Source: Candidatus Woesearchaeota archaeon
GTDB taxonomy: Archaea > Nanobdellota > Nanobdellia > Pacearchaeales > GW2011-AR1
Length of the DNA stretch: 64,000 nt
Assembly (NCBI GenBank): GCA_964530945.1
Contig: CAZHCJ010000001.1
Location: 66,140 to 130,139, forward strand
Direction of reading: 5' to 3'
Within the stretch, counting starts at the first letter, position 1, and each line of letters begins with the position of its first letter. Made by a program: the position numbers and the translations under genes. This document shows, piece by piece, positions 17,960-26,817 of this stretch. Under the pieces are notes generated by a model, which saw only the letters and a list, made by a program, of their open reading frames with translations, searched no databases and was not told the DNA's origin.

Positions 17960-18688
17960 TTACTTTGACTTCGCTTTTTTGGCGTGCTTCCACATAAAAT
18001 CAAAATAACTTTTATATGCCTTGGCGGCAGCCTCATTCTCTATGATAATGCCTTCGGGTTCATCTGTCCAAATTAAAATCGCTATCTTGTCTCCATAAAT
18101 ATTTGTGACTGCAGGACTCTCTTCAATTCCTGGCAAGTACCTATGGTTTTTTGAAGAAATGTCTATCTCTTTCCTATCTTTCCTGCAAACTAATTGGGTT
18201 TTCATGCCCTTTTCTTTTTTCATCCTAAGAAATTGGTATGCAAATTCAGGCATTCTTTCTGAGAATTGGCCCTCTGAACCAAAAACATAATTGTCTTTTC
18301 CTTCTTCAATCATATCCAAGAAAATGGTCTTCACTCCTTTGATGCCCTTAAACAACCTGACCTGACCTTCAACTTTCGTTCTTTGATGTCTTTCATTCAA
18401 ATCAGGAAGTATTGACTTCACATCTTCTTCCTGTTCTTTCAAATAATCTAAAATTCTTTTCGGCCCTGCTGCCTGAAACCACTTCACTTTTCCAACGAGT
18501 GCGTAACTAACAAATCCTTTTTCAAGAAGAAGTTTCAATGCATTATACACGCTACTCCTGTCAAGTTTAGCATATTTCGCAATCTTGCCAGCTTTACTTG
18601 AGCCATGATCGTTCAACACGAGATAAACTTTAACCTCGTTGGGACTCAATCCAATTCGTTCAAGAACATTTTTTGTTTTATTCACATC
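17960..18688 (-). CDS. TrmB-family transcriptional regulator
   Basis: N-terminal wHTH (LGLSPNEVKVYLVLNDHGSSKAGKIAKYAKLDRSSVYNALKLLLEKGFV) plus a C-terminal TrmB-like domain. The start is probably at MDVNK. Confidence 0.7.
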   Translation of the reverse strand, partial: DVNKTKNVLERIGLSPNEVKVYLVLNDHGSSKAGKIAKYAKLDRSSVYNALKLLLEKGFVSYALVGKVKWFQAAGPKRILDYLKEQEEDVKSILPDLNERHQRTKVEGQVRLFKGIKGVKTIFLDMIEEGKDNYVFGSEGQFSERMPEFAYQFLRMKKEKGMKTQLVCRKDRKEIDISSKNHRYLPGIEESPAVTNIYGDKIAILIWTDEPEGIIIENEAAAKAYKSYFDFMWKHAKKAKSK

Positions 18689-18741
18689 CATGAAAAAGAA
18701 AAAGATCACCTCTTTTTAAATCTGTTGTAGATTTTTCTACT

Positions 18742-19590
18742 TCAAATTATATCTACTCTTGATTTGTCTTCAAGTGTACTTTCAATCTCCCCATATCTCC
18801 TATTGACAAGAGCGACAAATTTCTTCGCAGGAGACATAAATCTCCTTAAATTTTTTCGTGTAATCTTTATATGTTCAGGAGTTATTATTTCGCTCCCTGC
18901 AATAAATCTATCTGCCCTTATTCCTGTCTCAATATTTAAGGGGAAATTGGAGCCATAGTGTAGAGACATATTTCCTTTAGGAAGAAAAAATTTATATCCA
19001 TGGCTAGAGACCACATCAAAATACTCATTACAATTCTCTTTATTACGAAATACAAAACCCTGTATTCTTAAAGTAGGACCCATATCTCCGATTATGCCTA
19101 TCGCACATGTTGCCTGCCCCAACTTTATTTCTTGCATTTGAAGAAAATAATTTTCAAAGATGGTCTCTTTCCAATGGGGGCCTGATTCACCACTATCACT
19201 GTCAAACCCTGCAGAACCATGTTGTGTCCATTTATATCTCCTTATATCTCTTAAATGGCGAATTGGTTTTGAAGATTCAAGCAAACTACAAAGACGAGAG
19301 AAATTTCTTTTGGCAAACTCGAAATCTTTTTTTCTCTTACACTCAAACTCCAAATCAACCAATTCTTCTTCTAATTCGTGGTCTAAGGATTCTTTTAACT
19401 CACTTCTTGCATAAGAGACCCGTTCTCCAAGCCCATCAAGAGCCTCTTCAACCAACCCATATGTTTCTTCATATTTCTGCATTAATTCTCTCTTCTTCTC
19501 CGCAAAAAATGCTTGAAATTCAGGAGTTTCTCTAACATTTTCTGGACGCATGGGATGTGTGCCTTCAAATTTATTTATATCCATATTCAT
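18742..19590 (-). CDS. hypothetical protein with a coiled-coil/acidic N-terminus and an unknown C-terminal domain
   Basis: 282-aa ORF with a strong GGAGGGAGGTGA Shine-Dalgarno; no recognisable family. Confidence 0.55.
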   Translation of the reverse strand: MNMDINKFEGTHPMRPENVRETPEFQAFFAEKKRELMQKYEETYGLVEEALDGLGERVSYARSELKESLDHELEEELVDLEFECKRKKDFEFAKRNFSRLCSLLESSKPIRHLRDIRRYKWTQHGSAGFDSDSGESGPHWKETIFENYFLQMQEIKLGQATCAIGIIGDMGPTLRIQGFVFRNKENCNEYFDVVSSHGYKFFLPKGNMSLHYGSNFPLNIETGIRADRFIAGSEIITPEHIKITRKNLRRFMSPAKKFVALVNRRYGEIESTLEDKSRVDII

Positions 19591-19616
19591 TCACCTCCCT
19601 CCTCTCTGTGTGAAAA

Positions 19617-19631
19617 CCCAGAAAATCTGGG
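19617..19631. promoter_or_regulatory. perfect hairpin CCCAGA-AAA-TCTGGG between two co-directional minus-strand genes, flanked by GTGTGA direct repeats
   Basis: Read directly from the sequence. Confidence 0.4.
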
Positions 19632-19656
19632 TTTGTGTGAATTTTCTTTTCCATTC

Positions 19657-19809
19657 TTAACCTTGCAGTTTAGATTCAAGGCGTTCAATCTCTTTGGCGT
19701 ATCTTTCCAAAGTTGTTTGGCTTACTCCTCGGGGCCCGCACATCATCCTAAGCCTTGCCCAGTTTCCCTTCAGCCCAGAGATTCTTGCCTTAATTTCTTC
19801 TTGTTGCAT
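19657..19809 (-). CDS. small protein (50 aa, MQQEEIKARISGLKGNWARLRMMCGPRGVSQTTLERYAKEIERLESKLQG)
   Basis: Hand-translated; GGAGG lies 8 nt upstream of the ATG; below the ORF-track length cutoff; immediately upstream of the 282-aa gene. Confidence 0.4.
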   Translation of the reverse strand: MQQEEIKARISGLKGNWARLRMMCGPRGVSQTTLERYAKEIERLESKLQG

Positions 19810-19964
19810 GTTTTTTCCTCCATTCTAAAAAATCAACCAAAAAGCTTTACTTAAAGATGTGTTGTAGAACATTCTTCAACAGAGTTATTTAAACCTTTTT
19901 CAAGAAGTTTTCTTAATGACAACAAAAAATTACAAAACGGAATTGAAAGGAGGTGTAAAACAAA

Positions 19965-20285
19965 ATGAATAAACTCGAAAAAAAGCTAAAAGAACGTGTC
20001 GCTAAAGGGCCTGCAGACCATTATAAAATAGTCCAAAAGACAGAAAGAAGTTATTATAACAAACAAGGTATGCCTGGCAAACCGAGATTTATTAGAGAAG
20101 AAGATTACAACGGGAAGCGATATGAAACTTGGAATGAAGCTGAAGAAGCTCTCCCTGAATCAGTAAGTAAAATTGAAAGTAAGGTAGAATACAAAAAAGG
20201 ATTTTTCGGAAAAAGAAAAAAGATTCTTAAAGAAGATTTTCTAGAAAGGAATTCTTACTGGATAGTTCCAATACATTCCGAATAA
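19965..20285 (+). CDS. hypothetical protein
   Basis: 106-aa ORF with an AAAGGAGGTG Shine-Dalgarno. Confidence 0.5.
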   Translation: MNKLEKKLKERVAKGPADHYKIVQKTERSYYNKQGMPGKPRFIREEDYNGKRYETWNEAEEALPESVSKIESKVEYKKGFFGKRKKILKEDFLERNSYWIVPIHSE

Positions 20286-20379
20286 ACAAACAGAAAAGAG
20301 GTGACTTTCTTCTTTTAATCAAACCTCACCCAAAAAGCCACACACAAAGTTTAAAAACAAACTCTTTTATTTATTTAAC

Positions 20380-20769
20380 ATGCCAAAAGAAAAGACAGAA
20401 GAGAAAAAGAAAACAGAAACAAAGAAAGAAAAAGAAACTAAAAGCGCCAGTAAGAAAAATCCAACTCAAGAAGAGTTTGAATCACGCGTCATAGCGCTTG
20501 CCAAACAGAACTTGACGTCAGAAAAAATTGGAGAAGCTTTAAGACAAGAAGGTATTCATCCTCAAGATTTTGAAAAGAAAATTTCTCAAATCCTAAAATC
20601 AAAAAATATTTACACAGACCCTGATTTAAAAAACGTTCAAGACAAGCTCTCGAGATTGGAAAAGCACATAGAAAATAACGCTCAGGACAAAAGAGCAATA
20701 AGAGAACGTTCTCGTGTTTTCTCACAATTGAGAAAGATTAAGAAGTATCGTGGAATAGCTTTGAAGTAA
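20380..20769 (+). CDS. rps15: ribosomal protein S15 (uS15)
   Basis: Lys/Glu-rich N-terminal extension followed by a conserved S15 core (GIHPQD...LRKHIENNAQDKRAIRER). Confidence 0.8.
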   Translation: MPKEKTEEKKKTETKKEKETKSASKKNPTQEEFESRVIALAKQNLTSEKIGEALRQEGIHPQDFEKKISQILKSKNIYTDPDLKNVQDKLSRLEKHIENNAQDKRAIRERSRVFSQLRKIKKYRGIALK

Positions 20770-20785
20770 ATCTTATTTTATTTAA

Positions 20786-22144
20786 ATGGAAAAAAGAGGC
20801 AATACTAATTTGTTAGAGTCCGAAATAGAAAAATTCTCAGAAAAATTCTTGAAACGCATAAATGATTCAAGGAAAGAAATTTTATTAGTTAGTCATTTTG
20901 ACACTGATGGAATAACCTCTGCAGCAATTCTTTTGAGAACACTTCAGAGATTGGATATAAAATTCTCTGTAAAAATACTAAAATCTTTAGAAAAAAAGTT
21001 CATAGATTCTCTGCCTAAAGATAAAATAATTCTTTTTTCAGATTTAGCCTCGAACAGCTTAGAATATCTTGAAGCGACAGGCATAGAAAACATCTTCATA
21101 ATAGACCATCACGAAGTTTCCCAAAAAATCCCTAAAAATGTAGAATTACTAAACCCGATGTTATTGGACAATAAAGAAAAAATAAGCTCCTCTGGATTAA
21201 CATATCTCTTTAGTAAATCGCTAGGTAACCAAGATAAAGATTTGGCAAAACTTGCCGTATTAGGAATGATTGGAGATAGAATGGACAGAGATATAGACAC
21301 TTTAAATAACGGTGTTTTAGGAGACGGAGAGATAAAGAAAAAACGAGGGCTTTTATTGTACCCCTCAACCCGTCCATTAAACAGAACCTTAGAATACAGT
21401 TCTTTCCCCTACATTCCTGGAGTTACCGGAGACTCGGAAGGTGTTAGAGAATTGTTAAGAGAAGCTAGCTTAACTCCCGAAAAGGGAAAATATAAATCTC
21501 TTATCGAATTGAATGAAGACGAAATGCAACGCCTTGTGACTTCAATTATGCTTAGAAACCCTAAAACCACAAATGAAGAAATGGTGGGAGATATTTTCCT
21601 AATAAAATTTTTCAACAAATTAGAAGATGCCCGAGAGTTGAGTGCAATGATAAATGCCTGTTCGCGCCTCGGCCACTCGACAACAGCATTGAAATTTTGT
21701 TTAGAATTGCCTGGGGCAAGACAGGAAGCCACCGAAATCCACGTAAAATACAAACAACACCTCATCTCTGGTTTAGAATTCGTAGAACAAACAGAAAAAA
21801 TAATGGCAGATGGATTGGTCATAATAAATGCAAAAGACAACATAAAAGAAACGATAATAGGCACAATAGCAAGCATTCTTTCTAGTTCTCCAGATTATGA
21901 AGAAGGAACTGTAATAATTACCATGGCATATTACGAAGATAAGATAAAAATTTCTTCGAGAATTGCAGGGCGTGGCAACCAAGAGATTAATCTAAGAGAA
22001 TTGCTTGCAAAAGTCATAGATGAGATTGGAGGAGAGGTCGGAGGACATAAATTTGCCGCAGGAGGGATAATCGCTCAGGACAAAGAAGATATCTTCATAG
22101 AAAAAATAGAAAAAGCTCTAGAAATCAAGATAGTAAAAATTTAG
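20786..22144 (+). CDS. DHH-family phosphoesterase, archaeal RecJ/Cdc45(GAN)-like
   Basis: DHH motifs (SHFDTDGITSAA; IIDHHE) and a DHHA1 GGGH motif (GGEVGGHKFAAGG). The gene ends with TAG. Confidence 0.8.
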   Translation: MEKRGNTNLLESEIEKFSEKFLKRINDSRKEILLVSHFDTDGITSAAILLRTLQRLDIKFSVKILKSLEKKFIDSLPKDKIILFSDLASNSLEYLEATGIENIFIIDHHEVSQKIPKNVELLNPMLLDNKEKISSSGLTYLFSKSLGNQDKDLAKLAVLGMIGDRMDRDIDTLNNGVLGDGEIKKKRGLLLYPSTRPLNRTLEYSSFPYIPGVTGDSEGVRELLREASLTPEKGKYKSLIELNEDEMQRLVTSIMLRNPKTTNEEMVGDIFLIKFFNKLEDARELSAMINACSRLGHSTTALKFCLELPGARQEATEIHVKYKQHLISGLEFVEQTEKIMADGLVIINAKDNIKETIIGTIASILSSSPDYEEGTVIITMAYYEDKIKISSRIAGRGNQEINLRELLAKVIDEIGGEVGGHKFAAGGIIAQDKEDIFIEKIEKALEIKIVKI

Positions 22145-22569
22145 ATGTTTTCTAATATCTTGAACCTTATTCTATCTAATGTTTCTTGGTCCTTTTCATT
22201 TGACCTTAATATGGGAAAATGCCCATAATTTTCATCAAACCATGACTTTCCTGCAAAATTAATCTTTTCTTCATATCTTGGAACTACATGGTAATGAGCA
22301 TGCGTCACAACATTAGCAAGCATCAGATAGTTTATCCTTTGAGGATTAAAAGATTTTCTTAAAGCTTCTTCAAGTAAACCAACATTTTTCCAATAATCTC
22401 TTGCCTCTTCTTCTGATACTTCAGATAAAGATTCAACATGTCTATTTAAAACTAAAAGTGTGCTTCCAAGGGTGGGTTGCGCATAATTAATTAACAATGT
22501 CCAATAATCAAAATCTTTTATGAAAGTTGGATTTTCTTCATCCAGCTCACACAAGATGCAATCTTCCAT
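22141..22569 (-). CDS. HIT-family hydrolase
   Basis: Histidine triad HAHYHVVPR. Confidence 0.8.
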   Translation of the reverse strand: MEDCILCELDEENPTFIKDFDYWTLLINYAQPTLGSTLLVLNRHVESLSEVSEEEARDYWKNVGLLEEALRKSFNPQRINYLMLANVVTHAHYHVVPRYEEKINFAGKSWFDENYGHFPILRSNEKDQETLDRIRFKILENI

Positions 22570-22666
22570 TCTTCTATTTAGGAAGATTCTCTTTTAAAGA
22601 TTATTGCGATTAAAAAAGCCATACTTAATTCAAAAACTTTAAAACCCCACTATTTCTCTAAAATAC

Positions 22667-23377
22667 ATGGATTTAGAAGAAGGGGACGTTGTGCTTTGCA
22701 CAGTAGACAGAATAGCAGGCACTACCGTTTTTGTTAAAATAGAAGGGAATGGAGAAGGAAGTATAATTTTCAGCGAAATTGCTCCCGGACGTATTAGAAA
22801 CATTCGTTCTTACGTAGTTCCAAAAAAGAAAATCGTCTGTAAGGTGTTAAGAATTTCAAAAAACCAAATCGAGCTTTCATATCGAAGAGTCACTCAAGAT
22901 GAAAGAAAAGAGATTTTAAGCAAACATAAAAAAGAAAAAAGTTATGAAAATATGCTCAAAAGTATTCTTGGAAACGAAAAAGCCAAAAGCACAATTTCGA
23001 AAATAAAAGAAAAAGATAATTTATATGATTTTTTCCAAACAGCAAAGGAGCAACCGAATGCTCTCGACAAAATAATGGGCAAAAAAGATTCCGAGAAGAT
23101 TCTTAAAATACTACTTGAAGAAAAACCAAAAACAAAAAAGGTAAAAAAAACAATAAAACTGAAAACGAAAGATGAGAATGGATTAGATTTAATAAAAAAT
23201 GTTTTAGGTGATTTTAGTTCAAGCATCGACATTATTTATCTCTCTGGCGGAAAATATAGTCTTGAAAAAGAATCTGAAAATATAAAAAAGGCGGACCAAT
23301 TGCTTCAAGACATCCTTCAAAAAATTGAAAAATTTGCCAAAAAACACGATATGGAATTTAGTATTTCTCAGAAGTAA
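22667..23377 (+). CDS. eif2a: translation initiation factor 2 subunit alpha
   Basis: N-terminal S1 domain (EGDVVLCTVDRIAGTTVFVKIEG...IRNIRSYV) followed by a helical domain. Confidence 0.8.
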   Translation: MDLEEGDVVLCTVDRIAGTTVFVKIEGNGEGSIIFSEIAPGRIRNIRSYVVPKKKIVCKVLRISKNQIELSYRRVTQDERKEILSKHKKEKSYENMLKSILGNEKAKSTISKIKEKDNLYDFFQTAKEQPNALDKIMGKKDSEKILKILLEEKPKTKKVKKTIKLKTKDENGLDLIKNVLGDFSSSIDIIYLSGGKYSLEKESENIKKADQLLQDILQKIEKFAKKHDMEFSISQK

Positions 23378-23453
23378 ACTCTCTTTAAATTTAAAATCTG
23401 GCTATCGAATAATGAATCACAAAGCTTAAAAATGAAGTTTTGAACCTTATTGT

Positions 23454-23867
23454 ATGGATGAAAAAAAGTTTGAAGTTATAGTTTTAGGAATATTATTTGA
23501 TACAAAAACAAAAAAAATCCTAATTGGAAAAAGAAAAGACCCTAAAGATATCGAAGGGTTGAGTTGGGCTTTCCCAGGTGGACGTCCGGAAAAAGGAGAG
23601 GAACTTGAAGAAGCCCTTAAAAGAGAAATAAAAGAAGAAACTAACTACGATGTAGAAAGTTTAGGAGTAGTCTATGCTAAAACATATCCTGAAAAACGAG
23701 ACCTTATCTCTGTTTACTTTTTATGTGAAATTATCGGTGGGGAAGAAAAAGCTAATGATGACTTCAGTGAATTAAAATGGATCTCCACAAGAGAAATTGA
23801 AGATTATTTCACCACTTCTTTCCATCCTAAACTCAAGGAATATCTTGAAGGGTTCACAAACGAATAA
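23454..23867 (+). CDS. NUDIX hydrolase
   Basis: Nudix box GGRPEKGEELEEALKREIKEETN. Confidence 0.8.
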   Translation: MDEKKFEVIVLGILFDTKTKKILIGKRKDPKDIEGLSWAFPGGRPEKGEELEEALKREIKEETNYDVESLGVVYAKTYPEKRDLISVYFLCEIIGGEEKANDDFSELKWISTREIEDYFTTSFHPKLKEYLEGFTNE

Positions 23868-23868
23868 A

Positions 23869-24024
23869 ATGAAATTAAAAAGATGTGCCTGTTGTAAAGA
23901 TTACACTATGAAAGAAACATGCGACAATAAAGATTGCGATTGTAAAGAAAAAACAAAATCTGCACATTACAAACACGTCAAAATTAAACCTGGTAAAACA
24001 GGAAAAGTGAAAGGCAAGGCCTAA
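23869..24024 (+). CDS. nop10: H/ACA ribonucleoprotein subunit Nop10
   Basis: 51-aa zinc-ribbon protein starting MKLKRCACCKDYTMKETC. The internal Met at 23869 sits immediately after the NUDIX stop; the track ORF begins further upstream in-frame. Confidence 0.7.
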   Translation: MKLKRCACCKDYTMKETCDNKDCDCKEKTKSAHYKHVKIKPGKTGKVKGKA

Positions 24025-24446
24025 ATCTCATAAAGAGAGATAATTTCTAAATCTCTATCTTGTTCTTTTCTTCTATCTACTGCAACCAATATTTCTCTGG
24101 GCTTTTTCCCAATTGCTGAGATGGCCTCTCTTAAGGAACTCTCTGTCGTAACAACATCGTCAATTAGCAGATAATCTTCTTTGGGCACCCTTCCTTTAAG
24201 CTCTCCATCTTTAACCATAGAAAATGCCTGACCTCTTTCTTGAGCAACCCATCCTGCAATTAAAGCCCCACCCGTTGCAATACCTACATAATGTTCAGAC
24301 ATAGGAATCCTCTCGAGTATATCTCTTCTGTGCGCTTCATTGGCTAAAAGAGAGTTCACATCATATCTAAAAGCTGCTCTCCCCCCACTATGCAAAACAA
24401 AACTTCCTCTTTCAATATGCTCTTGAGGATATCTTAATTTTTTCAT
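24021..24446 (-). CDS. phosphoribosyltransferase-domain protein
   Basis: PRPP-binding motif YLLIDDVVTTESS in a 141-aa ORF. Confidence 0.6.
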   Translation of the reverse strand: MKKLRYPQEHIERGSFVLHSGGRAAFRYDVNSLLANEAHRRDILERIPMSEHYVGIATGGALIAGWVAQERGQAFSMVKDGELKGRVPKEDYLLIDDVVTTESSLREAISAIGKKPREILVAVDRRKEQDRDLEIISLYEI

Positions 24447-24451
24447 ATTAT

Positions 24452-25099
24452 CTAACTCAAAGTCTTTTGTTTCCTGTTTTCTTCAACAACATTCTTCACA
24501 ATTTCCATGTCTTCCATCCATAAAGGTTCAATACTTCGATTATAAATAAGTGCAGCAGGATGGAACAGAGGTATGAGTTTTATGTTTAAATCATGAAATT
24601 CTATTTGTTTTGATTTTCCATGAACACTTGTTATGCCGGGCATTTTACCCATGTCTTCAACCTTGCCATCTGAAAGAAAAAACTTTGTGGCATAATTTCC
24701 AAGAGTGCAAACAACCTTTGGTTTTATTTCTTTTATCTGTTCAATCAACCATGGAGTATGTTCTCGAATTTCTTCTGGTGATGGATCGCGGTTTTCTGGA
24801 GGCCTACATTTTAATATATTTGCAATATAAACATCTTCTAAAGACAAACCTACTTGTTGTAAAAGCTTATCGAGGTTTTTTCCTGCTCTTCCGACAAAAG
24901 GCAAACCTTCCAAATCTTCATTGCGTCCAGGGGCCTCCCCTATAAACATTATATCTGCATTTTCATTACCTTTTCCCACAACAATGTTTTTGCAGTGTTT
25001 GCAAATCTCTGTCTGTTTAACACGTTTAATATGTTCAGGAGCGTCCTCTCTAACCTGTTTATCCCTTTCGACCATAAAAACAAAAAGATTAAAGAACAT
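24452..25099 (-). CDS. udg: uracil-DNA glycosylase, family 4
   Basis: GEAPG..ED..G.PFVGRAG motif, 4Fe-4S Cys residues, HPAAL motif. Confidence 0.8.
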   Translation of the reverse strand: MFFNLFVFMVERDKQVREDAPEHIKRVKQTEICKHCKNIVVGKGNENADIMFIGEAPGRNEDLEGLPFVGRAGKNLDKLLQQVGLSLEDVYIANILKCRPPENRDPSPEEIREHTPWLIEQIKEIKPKVVCTLGNYATKFFLSDGKVEDMGKMPGITSVHGKSKQIEFHDLNIKLIPLFHPAALIYNRSIEPLWMEDMEIVKNVVEENRKQKTLS

Positions 25100-25142
25100 T
25101 AAATAATTTTACCTTATAAGAATTTATTAATAGCCCTCATAG

Positions 25143-25216
25143 TTCAGCCCGGATAGAACGCAAGCTTGCGGAGCTTGAAACCGAGGTTCAAATCCTCGTG
25201 GGGGCGGTTAAATTCA
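25143..25216 (+). tRNA. tRNA-Arg (anticodon GCG)
   Basis: Cloverleaf: acceptor GCCCUCA/UGGGGGC, D-stem GUUC/GAAC, anticodon stem CAAGC/GCUUG with loop UUGCGGA, T-arm CGAGG-UUCAAAU-CCUCG. Confidence 0.8.
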
Positions 25217-25222
25217 AAAGAA

Positions 25223-26770
25223 TTACTTGTTTCTCTGTTTTGCAATTCCCCATCCAATTGCAACCAACACAATTAAAGCGATTATTATCCACATCCATGA
25301 TGAACTACTTTTTTCTTGAGACTCTTCTCCAGTGCTCTCTTCACTCTCTGCATCAGCATCTCCGGTTGTCACGCTCTCGCTTTCAGAACCCTCTGGAACT
25401 TCTTCATGAATAGATAATATTGTCAAATCTGCTTTCCCATCTACAATTCCGTTCAACAATACATAAACATCATAGAAACCATCAGCATCAACATCAACTT
25501 TTGTATCCTCTCCAACAGCTAAATCTACCGTAAAAGGATCGCTAGCGATTTCAATAGTTACTTTATCTGTTCCAACCGAAACAACACCCACATGATGTTG
25601 TTCATTATTTACCATAATTTGAATTCTTTTCTTTGCTTGTACCTTACTCGTATATCCTTGTTGGAAAAGGTCATCGCTAATTGCCTGAGTATATGACCAT
25701 GTAGCTGCTGCCGAACTGCTTCCCGAGCCTCCTCCACCCCCTGTATTTGAAGAAGCTCCTGATATCACATATGTTGTAGATGCTTCAGCCTTATTTCCTG
25801 CATAATCATACTGAACACACGTATATGTAAAAGAACCTGTAAGTGTAGGGATTTCTGTCCCGTCATCAGAAGTCGAAGTTTTAGATTCTTTTGAAGAGTT
25901 CAATCCAGAGGTGGCATCAGAACTTGAACAAGAACAAGGAAAACTCTCTCCTTCAATAGTGTCACTACAAGAAACAGTCACTGTGGGATTTGTGGAATCA
26001 ATATCAAGATATAATGTGTTTGTATTATTCAAAGCAAAATTGTTAACAGTATCGTTAACATATATCTGCAATAATCTCTTCCCATCTAAATTTCCAGAAA
26101 GACTTAATGTAGTTGTATTACACCATCCGCTACTTAATGCGACACTCTGATTTATTGGATTAGTGGCATTAATGCTTATCAAACACATGCTACTGGTTAG
26201 TCCGGAAGAAGCATCACTCACATAAACATTCAAAATTAGGTTAGTGGAAGTGTTATACGCCCTATTTGTTGCCGAAGCGTTCTTAAAAGTCTCATTTGTG
26301 CCATCATTTGCAGGAGTTGGCAATGTCGACCAAAACACCTGGACTGTTGAAGGCCCAGTGCCATCAATAGTCATCCAGGCCATGGATGAATTTGTAGAAT
26401 TTGTCGCATCTGTCGCCTGAACAATAAAAGTATAATTAGCATCAGTTAGATTATAATAAAGCAAACCTGGATTCAATGCACCAACTCCTCCAGAAGTATT
26501 GGCGGCCGTACGGAAAGTCGCCCCTGTAAAGTCTGTTCCATTAGTAGTCATATAAACCAAATAAGATGAATCCACAGTATTGTTTGTCCAGTTTAAAGCA
26601 AAAACACCATGGGTTCCATTAATGCCATCATAAGTCGATGTACTATTTAATGAAAAAACTAAATTTGTAGGGGCTTTCGCAGCACTCACAAATCCAATTA
26701 AAACAAATATTCCTAAAAGAAACACTAATATACTCAAAGCCGTGTATTTTTTAACCATCCTCTTTTTCAA
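25223..26770 (-). CDS. cell-surface glycoprotein candidate (signal peptide, many N-x-S/T sequons, Gly/Ser linker, C-terminal TM anchor with basic tail)
   Basis: N-terminal hydrophobic segment ending VSAAKA; dozens of NxT/NxS sequons; C-terminal WMWIIIALIVLVAIGWGIAKQRNK. Confidence 0.55.
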   Translation of the reverse strand: MKKRMVKKYTALSILVFLLGIFVLIGFVSAAKAPTNLVFSLNSTSTYDGINGTHGVFALNWTNNTVDSSYLVYMTTNGTDFTGATFRTAANTSGGVGALNPGLLYYNLTDANYTFIVQATDATNSTNSSMAWMTIDGTGPSTVQVFWSTLPTPANDGTNETFKNASATNRAYNTSTNLILNVYVSDASSGLTSSMCLISINATNPINQSVALSSGWCNTTTLSLSGNLDGKRLLQIYVNDTVNNFALNNTNTLYLDIDSTNPTVTVSCSDTIEGESFPCSCSSSDATSGLNSSKESKTSTSDDGTEIPTLTGSFTYTCVQYDYAGNKAEASTTYVISGASSNTGGGGGSGSSSAAATWSYTQAISDDLFQQGYTSKVQAKKRIQIMVNNEQHHVGVVSVGTDKVTIEIASDPFTVDLAVGEDTKVDVDADGFYDVYVLLNGIVDGKADLTILSIHEEVPEGSESESVTTGDADAESEESTGEESQEKSSSSWMWIIIALIVLVAIGWGIAKQRNK

Positions 26771-26817
26771 TCTAATTGATACAAGAACTTAGGAAAGGAG
26801 GTTTATAAATGTTTTTT

